Below are positions 35,948-42,983 of a stretch of 44,935 bases of DNA, piece after piece (within the stretch, counting starts at the first letter, position 1; each line of letters begins with the position of its first letter). Source of the DNA: a virus. Taxonomy: Duplodnaviria; Caudoviricetes. The notes beneath the pieces were generated by a model, which ran no database searches, had not been told where the DNA came from, and saw only the letters and a program-made list of their open reading frames with translations. Location of the stretch: the IMG/VR virus record IMGVR_UViG_3300047313_000006, positions 1 through 44,935 of that record; one strand, 5' to 3'. The translations under genes and the position numbers were made by a program.

Positions 35948-38094
35948 CGGCAGATAACAAACGGATTGTATCTTGCAGCCTATGGTGCTTAGCCGCTATT
36001 CCTTGGTCTTTTGTTGTTGCAGCCATACTCTTTATTCTGTTTGGATCTGTCTCATTCGGGCAATGCACCACGCTTCCTAGCGGCTGGTGCAACACGGGAC
36101 TGTCCGCAATCCAAAACAATCTGATCGGTCCGCTGATCCCTTACGGCGCTAACCCGTGGGTCTACGGCGACTTGGCCGATAAGGGCACCGTCGATTATTT
36201 CGTCCCGATTGCGCTTTCGGAAGCCCCGCAGCTTGGAGCAGCGCTCGCCGGCACCTTCTCTTATACGCAGGGCAGTGATACCATCAACACCACGGTTGAC
36301 CAGACCGCGGCACTCTCCGGCGTTGCATACGTCACGATGGCTTGGCAGTCGGTAGACGGGCCGCAGTCAGGTCGCATGATCGTGCCGATTTCCAGCGTTA
36401 CATCGAGCACGATTGTCGCCAGTGAACACTTCTCCGTTCCTTCCTTTTCTGGGGTATCAGGCTTCAAGATGTCCCTGGTGCCCGACTCCTACGGCTGCAA
36501 TTTCACATGCTGGACGGTCGAGAATCCGACTACCTCCTGGAACTATTACGATGTGACGATAGCGCTGTACCGCCTGTACTATCGAACCGGGGACGTGCGG
36601 TACCGGACGTGGGCGCGGCAGTTTGCAGAAATCCAGTGGCAATGGGTTATTGATCATGGCTACCGCACTCTCAGCCCGCGCGCTTCTGCGATGCTGTCTC
36701 AGTTTTTTAGGGCAGGGGAAACTACCGCGGTGCGGTTCCCTGGACTTTACAACTGGGTGTCGATCACGGTCCCATCGTGGGGATTCAATGCCGATCTGCG
36801 AGAGTCCGGATACACGCTGTGGGCCATCGCAGACGGCGCTAAGACAGACACGGACGCCACGCGGCACACGCAGTATTGTTCCTGGCTCAACACTTACGGG
36901 ACCTATTGGGTGGGCCAGCAGAACTCAGATGGATCGTGGAGCGAGAATGAATTTTCCCTGAACTCCAGCTATGTATCGGCTCCCAAGACATTCACCGCGC
37001 CGTTTCAGTACCAGGGCGCTCCCTGGCGCGAGGCTATCAACATCAAGGCATTCGAGGCGGTTTACGAATCTGCACATGATGCCACAGCGCAAGGCTGCAA
37101 CCTGCCCACGCTAGCGACATTGGCGCTCAATGCCGTCACCAAGGCCGTAACGTGGCAGAATAACTATGGGCGCGACACATCGAATCGAGGAGTCTACTAT
37201 GAAGTCAACAGCCAGTCGAACGACCAAGCGACCGTGGCTGGAGCTGGGACGGTAGCAATCGCTAACGGCTCTACTGCGCTAGTTGGCACTGGGACCAACT
37301 TCCTTACGCACTGTACCGCAAATCCGTTTGCTGGGTTGGTGACGCCGCGGACGGTATACAAGTTCGCCTCTTGCTCTGACGATACCCATGCGGTTCTTAC
37401 GGTCGCATACGGCCTATATGGAGAGGTTGGGAATCTTAGCGGGAGTTCGATAGCCTACGCGCCAGCAGCCTCTAGCGTCTGCAATTCCAGCGCCACGTAC
37501 TGTTTTGACGGGACCGGAGATCGCAACCTTACCCGAACCAACTGCGGCGGCATCGGATGGCTGTACTCCGTCACCCTGATCGCAACCTATAAGACCTGGG
37601 CCGATGAGTGCTACTCGGCATCGCTTGGCGGACCAACGGCAGGGCTGACAAGTGCGGCCAACTTGAACTCAATAACACTCCCATGCTCTGGCCCTGCTTG
37701 TGATGGGCTGGTAACAGATACGGTGTCGAGCGCGGAGAACTGTAACGATACAACCCCGGTGAACACGCCGCCCTGCTTGTTTGGAGTCTCATTCGGAAAG
37801 TTGGGAAAGGATTACGGTGAGGCGTTTGGAGCGCCCGGGATTGATAACGAGCTTGCTTGGCGCTTGCTGACTAGTCCGATACCGCCAATCCCGCCCACGG
37901 TGACATGTGCTCCAGCGAGCCATAATGTGCCGCCGACTTTGCCTATCGCTATAGACGTGCAAATGCAAACAAATATGGGGCTGGGGTTGGTAGCTTGTAC
38001 CAATAGCCTCACACTCACCGGAACCTGCACTATAACCGATACTCAGCGGGTCATCAATGCTGCGCTGGGGCAAGGTTGCCACATCGGACCATGA
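35944..38094 (+). CDS. Large secreted Cys-rich protein with a probable alpha/alpha-toroid core and a C-terminal dockerin-like module
   Basis: AILFILFGSVSFG-Q; NYYDVTIALYRLYYRTGDVRYRTWAR; C-terminal IDVQMQTNMGLGLVACT...TDTQRVINAALGQGC. Confidence 0.65.
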   Translation: MTADNKRIVSCSLWCLAAIPWSFVVAAILFILFGSVSFGQCTTLPSGWCNTGLSAIQNNLIGPLIPYGANPWVYGDLADKGTVDYFVPIALSEAPQLGAALAGTFSYTQGSDTINTTVDQTAALSGVAYVTMAWQSVDGPQSGRMIVPISSVTSSTIVASEHFSVPSFSGVSGFKMSLVPDSYGCNFTCWTVENPTTSWNYYDVTIALYRLYYRTGDVRYRTWARQFAEIQWQWVIDHGYRTLSPRASAMLSQFFRAGETTAVRFPGLYNWVSITVPSWGFNADLRESGYTLWAIADGAKTDTDATRHTQYCSWLNTYGTYWVGQQNSDGSWSENEFSLNSSYVSAPKTFTAPFQYQGAPWREAINIKAFEAVYESAHDATAQGCNLPTLATLALNAVTKAVTWQNNYGRDTSNRGVYYEVNSQSNDQATVAGAGTVAIANGSTALVGTGTNFLTHCTANPFAGLVTPRTVYKFASCSDDTHAVLTVAYGLYGEVGNLSGSSIAYAPAASSVCNSSATYCFDGTGDRNLTRTNCGGIGWLYSVTLIATYKTWADECYSASLGGPTAGLTSAANLNSITLPCSGPACDGLVTDTVSSAENCNDTTPVNTPPCLFGVSFGKLGKDYGEAFGAPGIDNELAWRLLTSPIPPIPPTVTCAPASHNVPPTLPIAIDVQMQTNMGLGLVACTNSLTLTGTCTITDTQRVINAALGQGCHIGP

Positions 38095-38306
38095 AATACG
38101 ACAGACCAAACGCAGGCGATTGGATCGAACCTAAGCGCAGGAATGGCTATAAGATGGCCTGCTGCGATTGCGGGCTGGTCCATGTGATAAACTTCCGCAT
38201 CGTCAATCCGAAGTGGAAGAAAATCCAGTTTCAAGTCTTCCGAGATAATCGCGCTACCGCTTCCATGCGGCGGAATGATGCCAAGAAAAAGAGGAGAGAA
38301 CCATGA
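38091..38306 (+). CDS. Small Zn-binding conserved phage protein
   Basis: YKMACCDCGLVH motif; ATGA overlaps at both ends. Confidence 0.65.
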   Translation: MKYDRPNAGDWIEPKRRNGYKMACCDCGLVHVINFRIVNPKWKKIQFQVFRDNRATASMRRNDAKKKRREP

Positions 38307-38968
38307 AAATACTGCTATCGCTTTTGCTCTCGCTGCCGCTGATCGGGCAGAATATCGGCCTCAATTGCCCCGTAAGCGTGAGGGCTGGGAACCCCCTCAG
38401 CGTCACGACTTCGCTCACAAATTCGCAGGGCTCGGTGGGCTTGCAGTATACCGTTACTGCCCCTTCCGCGCTAGGCGCTTTCACGGTGACTTCTACCGGC
38501 AGTGCGAGCTCGGCGTTCAAGGCCGTCTATCTCGCCGGATTCTCGCTCATTCAGGCCGGCGCCGGACCTCCGCCCCCAGGTCAACCGCTCAACGCTTCGA
38601 TGATCTCGGACGGCCCTATTTCTACGATTACCTGGCCAGTCGTCCCGGCGGGGTTGGGGAATCAGAACGTAACCATTAGCATCGCGGGCGGCGCGGTCCC
38701 TCCTCTCGCTACCTCGGCCACTGGTCAACCCATTGCGGTGACTGCGGGCCCTACGTGTGCCGTGTCCGTATTACCAAGCATTAGCCTTTGTGATGTTAAT
38801 GGGGACGGCGTAACAGATCAACTCGATGTCAACGCTCAACGCTCTATGGTGCTGACCCTCCCGCAAGTCTCGGCTTGTGCGCGTAACAGTTCCGGCTGCA
38901 ATGTCACGGCGGTGCAGATCGTGATTAACGCAGCGATGCCCGGGGGAGTCTGTACGGCGACTCAATAA
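38303..38968 (+). CDS. Secreted protein with a cohesin-like and a dockerin-like domain
   Basis: MKILLSLLLSLPLIG-Q; VGLQYT...LNASMISDGPISTITW; CDVNGDGVTDQLDV...CNVTAVQIVINAAMPGGVC. Confidence 0.7.
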   Translation: MKILLSLLLSLPLIGQNIGLNCPVSVRAGNPLSVTTSLTNSQGSVGLQYTVTAPSALGAFTVTSTGSASSAFKAVYLAGFSLIQAGAGPPPPGQPLNASMISDGPISTITWPVVPAGLGNQNVTISIAGGAVPPLATSATGQPIAVTAGPTCAVSVLPSISLCDVNGDGVTDQLDVNAQRSMVLTLPQVSACARNSSGCNVTAVQIVINAAMPGGVCTATQ

Positions 38969-39010
38969 ATGGAACATTTTCAACCGAAAATAGCTTACAA
39001 TTAACCAAAC

Positions 39011-39427
39011 ATGGACCCCGCTCTCACAGCCTCTCAATTCATGGAAGCACTGTGCCTGTTTCGGGAAGCCCGTGGGGAGTCTATGCCCGCTAAGGCCGCG
39101 ATGCTGGCGGTGATCCGGAACCGGGCGGCGGATTCACAATGCCGTTGGCCCAGAACTACCATTGGGGTCATCACGCAGCCGCTTCAGTTCTCGAGCTTCA
39201 ACAGCAACGATCCCAACGCGAAGGTATGGCCCACGCCCGGCGGGAATCCGGGAGCATGGCAAGCCTGGATTGAATGCTGCGATGTGGTCACGGTTCCCAT
39301 GACCGCCGATCCAACGGACGGCGCTACGAACTATGAGGCAATGCCGGATGGCGCGCCGCGGCCGAGCTGGGCCGACTCAGCCAAGCAGACGGTACAGATT
39401 GGCAAAACGAGGTTTTACAAGCTGTGA
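39011..39427 (+). CDS. Endolysin, cell-wall hydrolase of the SleB/Hydrolase_2 family
   Basis: REARGES, AVIRNR, VITQPLQFSSFN, DPTDGATNY and IGKTRFYK motifs. Confidence 0.9.
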   Translation: MDPALTASQFMEALCLFREARGESMPAKAAMLAVIRNRAADSQCRWPRTTIGVITQPLQFSSFNSNDPNAKVWPTPGGNPGAWQAWIECCDVVTVPMTADPTDGATNYEAMPDGAPRPSWADSAKQTVQIGKTRFYKL

Positions 39428-39726
39428 CCATCCATGTTCATGTTCACAATTCCGACGAAGTTTTGATTCAACTGATAAAGGAGATACACCAGATGGCCAT
39501 AGACTTAACCGCTCTCAAGAATGCCGTAGACGCAGAAAAGACCGTTGAAGATTCAGCGATTACCTTGCTCACCGGCCTTACCTCCCAGATTTCAGCCCTG
39601 ATCGCAGCCAGTGGTAACACTGTGGACCCGGCCGCGCTTCAGGCGATTGTGGATCAGGTGAATACCGACGCCGCGAGCTTGGCGGCAGCGGTCACGGCGA
39701 ATACCCCGGCGGCGCCAGCGCCCTAA
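39424..39726 (+). CDS. Conserved Ala-rich coiled-coil phage protein
   Basis: TVEDSAITLLTGL...LAAAVTANTP motif; lysis region. Confidence 0.7.
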   Translation: MTIHVHVHNSDEVLIQLIKEIHQMAIDLTALKNAVDAEKTVEDSAITLLTGLTSQISALIAASGNTVDPAALQAIVDQVNTDAASLAAAVTANTPAAPAP

Positions 39727-39815
39727 CAGATTCCGCCCTACCGGACGGATGAGGGGCGCTTGCGGTTTGGATTCGGACCCAGGCCCCGCGCCCCTCAACA
39801 AGAAAAGGAGAGCAA

Positions 39816-40181
39816 ATGTCATTTCTGAGCATATTGAAGAAAATTGGCACTGTGGCGCTGGGAGTCGAGCACGCCGCGGCGCCATTCATTTCCGTGGCCT
39901 ATCCCGGCTTCCAGGCGCTCGACAGCCTGTTTCAGCGGCTTGCCTCGACGGTTGTTACGGTGGAGCAGAACAACCCCGTAGATGGCGCCGGAGCGCTCAA
40001 GGCAGAAGCAGTCAAGAATGACTTCGCGGCCGGCCTCCAGACCACGCAGGATGTGCTGGCGCTGACCAAAAAGAAGCTCACCTATGACGATGCCCTGCTC
40101 CAGCAGGCGATTGATGCCCAAGTGCTCGCCTACAACACAATGGCAAAGCTCAAGGGCAGCTTCAAGGTAGTGGATCTTTAG
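39816..40181 (+). CDS. Hypothetical lysis-region protein (LL-H holin-like pattern)
   Basis: AAGGAG RBS; amphipathic N-terminus; VEQ...GALKAEAV...AIDAQV pattern. Confidence 0.55.
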   Translation: MSFLSILKKIGTVALGVEHAAAPFISVAYPGFQALDSLFQRLASTVVTVEQNNPVDGAGALKAEAVKNDFAAGLQTTQDVLALTKKKLTYDDALLQQAIDAQVLAYNTMAKLKGSFKVVDL

Positions 40182-40189
40182 GAGGAAAT

Positions 40190-40390
40190 ATGGACGCCGC
40201 CATCAATCTCATCATCTGGGTTTTGCTGTTTGCGATCGCGGGCTGGGGTATGTATACCGCCTGCGTCAGGTTCGAGCTCCCCAAGCCCGTCCTTTGGGTT
40301 TGCGGGGTCATTCTCCTGATCGGTATTTTGATCTTCCTGGCAAAAGTCGTCAATGGCGGTTTGCCGACCCCGTTCTATCGGTCCCACTAA
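40190..40390 (+). CDS. Two-TM membrane protein (holin candidate)
   Basis: AGGAGG RBS; two long hydrophobic helices. Confidence 0.7.
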   Translation: MDAAINLIIWVLLFAIAGWGMYTACVRFELPKPVLWVCGVILLIGILIFLAKVVNGGLPTPFYRSH

Positions 40391-40391
40391 A

Positions 40392-40724
40392 ATGGAACAT
40401 GGGACAGTATTCACCGGAGAACATGCCTTAATCGCTTACCTTTGCATGGTCGCATCCTTCGCGCTCCGAACGGCACCCAAACCGAACAGCGTTTGGGGGT
40501 TGTGGATAATGTCCCTGCTCCAGTTTGCCTTCATGAACTTCACCGAGGGCAACGCCAATATGAAAACGGCCCAGACTGGCCAGGCGGTAGAGCGGAGCGT
40601 TTCAACGATTACGCCAGCTACTTCATTCAGCCCCAAGACCATTGAAACGGTGAGCGCTAAAAGCGTTGAGGCGCCGCCACCTATCCCCGACAGCGTAACG
40701 CTGCCTGCGTCGAAGGACTCTTAG
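40392..40724 (+). CDS. Membrane protein (holin-like)
   Basis: Two hydrophobic segments joined by RTAPKPNSVW; Pro/Ser/Thr-rich tail. Confidence 0.6.
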   Translation: MEHGTVFTGEHALIAYLCMVASFALRTAPKPNSVWGLWIMSLLQFAFMNFTEGNANMKTAQTGQAVERSVSTITPATSFSPKTIETVSAKSVEAPPPIPDSVTLPASKDS

Positions 40725-40731
40725 GTAATGA

Positions 40732-40989
40732 ATGCCCGCGTGGAGCGTTGACCCCATGAGCTCAGGAGCCTTTCAGATAATCCTTACCTGTGTGTTCGCT
40801 GGGGCTGCATTAGCAAACTACATAGTTCTGCTCTCTATCAATCTAAAAATCAGTCTGTTAAACGCCGCAATCCGGGAATGGTCGCGCGAGAATTTCGCAG
40901 AAAAACCACACGTCGACAGTGTTCAGGCGCACCTTATCAGCGTGGATCGTCGGGTCCAGATCATCGAAGCCAAAATCCATATTACTTAG
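40732..40989 (+). CDS. Single-TM plus coiled-coil membrane protein
   Basis: N-terminal hydrophobic helix; last gene of the rightward arm. Confidence 0.6.
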   Translation: MPAWSVDPMSSGAFQIILTCVFAGAALANYIVLLSINLKISLLNAAIREWSRENFAEKPHVDSVQAHLISVDRRVQIIEAKIHIT

Positions 40990-41539
40990 GTGGCCAGACT
41001 GGATCAGACGGCTTCCATCCCTCTGGTTTGGCGCGGAGAGCGCCAGCGGCGTCGATCATTTCCTCGTATTCTTTTTGGCCCAGTAGCGCGATGCGTGAAA
41101 AGTGCGTCCACTTGCTTTCGTCGTAGTCCAAGTCGAGATTGGAGCCCGTCACTAGATGGCCCGGATCATCGATGTTTATGAGCACGCAGGTTCCGTAATC
41201 CTCGTGAAGCTCTGAGATTGGTCGCCATTTCTGGCGTTCCCGCGCCTCGGCCAACTGCTCTTGTAGCGAGTGACGTTCCCCTTTATTTGGTAATTGCATC
41301 GCCATCTCGACCAACTGCGATTCGAGCGCCTCACTTATTTCTTTGTGCTCCACTGCCAGCTTTGTCATTACATCTAGTCGTGATTCGAGCGCCGCTGTCG
41401 CATTTAGCATTGAGACGATGCGAGAAGCATCTTCCGGCGTGTGACACTGGAACATCGGTCTGTCTCCTTCATATACGTTCAGTGGAACCTTGCCCCCAAC
41501 ACGCCACAATCCCTTGAGCAGTATCGTATCAGTCTCCAT
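40982..41539 (-). CDS. Hypothetical modular early protein
   Basis: WRVGGKVPLNVY domain, coiled coil, then a WRPISE...WTHF (DUF551-like) domain. Confidence 0.7.
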   Translation of the reverse strand: METDTILLKGLWRVGGKVPLNVYEGDRPMFQCHTPEDASRIVSMLNATAALESRLDVMTKLAVEHKEISEALESQLVEMAMQLPNKGERHSLQEQLAEARERQKWRPISELHEDYGTCVLINIDDPGHLVTGSNLDLDYDESKWTHFSRIALLGQKEYEEMIDAAGALRAKPEGWKPSDPVWPPK

Positions 41540-41714
41540 TGCGATTCTCCCAATTCTCAGCCTCTTTCAGTTTTGCCTTTAAGTTCGTCACTTCGGATTC
41601 GAGCGCCGCTTTTTGGCTCCGCATTTCGTCGATTGTGCACCACGGGCAATCTGCGCGACATACCACTCCCGCGTGTCTGCAAATTCCATCGCGCGAGACT
41701 GTGTTTTGGTTCAT
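41529..41714 (-). CDS. Hypothetical protein
   Basis: CRH...CPWC plus coiled coil; coupled to neighbours. Confidence 0.6.
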   Translation of the reverse strand: MNQNTVSRDGICRHAGVVCRADCPWCTIDEMRSQKAALESEVTNLKAKLKEAENWENRNGD

Positions 41715-41953
41715 CGCTCTACCTTTGTTATGAATCTTGTGAAGTGGGCTTTTGAAATTGATTGTGGCCTATGATCAAAAAGTACGTCCACTACCCAATC
41801 GCCGCCTGCGTAAATTGTAGACCGATAAAAGTAGACCTTCATCACTCTGGCCGCCTTAAAGAACTGGGAGTTATCGCCTGAATCGGTCCCGCCCCAAAGA
41901 ACCGGATCGAAAACGCTCACACGGTCGCCAATTTTAATCTTGTCGTCGCTCAT
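41711..41953 (-). CDS. Hypothetical SH3-like small protein
   Basis: IKIGDRVSV motif; GGAGG RBS. Confidence 0.65.
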   Translation of the reverse strand: MSDDKIKIGDRVSVFDPVLWGGTDSGDNSQFFKAARVMKVYFYRSTIYAGGDWVVDVLFDHRPQSISKAHFTRFITKVER

Positions 41954-42231
41954 TCCCCCTCCTCCGTCGAAGTCCCCGCACCTGTTTTCGCTTCCACCGA
42001 AGTCTTGTGGGATGTCGCCTCGCCGTTTTCAGGGTCCATGCCGTTGCACTGCGCACACAATAGGGCGCGCGGTGGGTTAGCGGAATAGTCAAGCGGAGGA
42101 GGAACGCCGCGCCCGCACTTTGTCATTACCTTGGCCACCTTGGCATGGTTCAGAGTGAATCCCGTTTCTCCGGCGTTAAGGTGCCACCGCGCACCTCCGT
42201 CATGCCGTACATATCGCTGGTGTGGCTTCAT
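41950..42231 (-). CDS. Hypothetical protein
   Basis: WH...CG...CAQC Zn pattern; ATGA overlaps. Confidence 0.6.
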   Translation of the reverse strand: MKPHQRYVRHDGGARWHLNAGETGFTLNHAKVAKVMTKCGRGVPPPLDYSANPPRALLCAQCNGMDPENGEATSHKTSVEAKTGAGTSTEEGE

Positions 42232-42293
42232 TCTTTCCCTCCCGCTTCCACCGGGCTATCCGGTGCTGTTTCGATTAATTGCCACTCGCTCAT
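42228..42293 (-). pseudogene. 21-aa remnant resembling the start of DUF551-like genes (MSEWQLIETAP...)
   Basis: Translated by hand; GGAGG RBS and ATGA overlaps on both sides. Confidence 0.5.
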
Positions 42294-42514
42294 CCCTTGA
42301 CCTCCTGTGGATCTGCGTGCGCCGCGCACCATGCTTTGTTGGCAGAAATCGTGCGGGTGCAGTCTTGGTTGGCGCAGCGCTGGGTCCCGTATCCTCTACG
42401 GATTCGCGGCTTGCCGTCTGGGGTAGGTTCCGGCTTCGGTAGTAGCTTGGGCAACTCACCAGCCATCGCCAGCAACGCTCCGATTTCACCGAACCCCAGT
42501 ATGCTTCGCCTCAT
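42290..42514 (-). CDS. Hypothetical protein
   Basis: CANQDC...WCAAH motif; coupled to neighbours. Confidence 0.55.
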   Translation of the reverse strand: MRRSILGFGEIGALLAMAGELPKLLPKPEPTPDGKPRIRRGYGTQRCANQDCTRTISANKAWCAAHADPQEVKG

Positions 42515-42783
42515 CCCCGCTCCCTCCCGCCGTCTTCGCCTGATTGAGCGGTGTATTGGGCGAGTGCGGCGTCACACATTTGGACAGCTTCCTTGGTGGC
42601 TGCGCTTTGGTGCACGTACATGCGATCGCGGGCGCGCTGACACGCCTCTGCCAGCGCCCGACTTACTTCCCGCTCGGCATTCAGTACCAGCACAATACAG
42701 TCCCGCCAGTGGCCGCCGTTAGAATGCAGGCACCAATGACAAACATCGGGAGGTAGAGTCGTCCGTGGGGTCCTAGCGGTCAT
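42511..42783 (-). CDS. Hypothetical protein
   Basis: CHWC...GHWRDC motif; ATG at 42783 overlaps the upstream stop. Confidence 0.55.
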   Translation of the reverse strand: MTARTPRTTLPPDVCHWCLHSNGGHWRDCIVLVLNAEREVSRALAEACQRARDRMYVHQSAATKEAVQMCDAALAQYTAQSGEDGGRERG

Positions 42784-42878
42784 CCCCTTGTCCTTTTCTT
42801 CCAAATCCACAAGCCAATAACCGGGAGTGAGTATACCATCACAATCACAGCATCCAACATAAGATCAAGCAGTTTCAT
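42780..42878 (-). CDS. 32-aa single-TM peptide (MKLLDLMLDAVIVMVYSLPVIGLWIWKKRTRG)
   Basis: Translated by hand; AAAGGA RBS; stop overlaps the next ATG. Confidence 0.55.
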   Translation of the reverse strand: MKLLDLMLDAVIVMVYSLPVIGLWIWKKRTRG

Positions 42879-42888
42879 GGTGTCCTTT

Positions 42889-42926
42889 TAGAAAATGGGG
42901 GCGACCAATGGCAGTAGATCGCCCCC
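42889..42926 (-). terminator. Intrinsic terminator-like hairpin in the leftward operon
   Basis: Minus strand GGGGGCGATC-10 nt-GGTCGCCCCC followed by ATTTTCT; the plus strand also has TTTT after the stem. Confidence 0.65.
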
Positions 42927-42983
42927 TTTTCTGCCAAGCTGGTCCGGTCGTCGGAGGATTCACCGGCTGTCTGTGGCAGAAAC

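Noticed and set aside
22589-38968. Diversity-generating retroelement or invertible fibre cassette
   Set aside because: No reverse transcriptase, invertase or template/variable repeat pair seen.
39745-39805. Hammerhead ribozyme
   Set aside because: The core reads CGGATGA rather than CTGANGA, and no GAAA directly follows the stem.
10732-40989. Many minus-strand ORFs within the structural arm
   Set aside because: They are antisense shadows of well-supported plus-strand genes in GC-rich DNA, without motifs.
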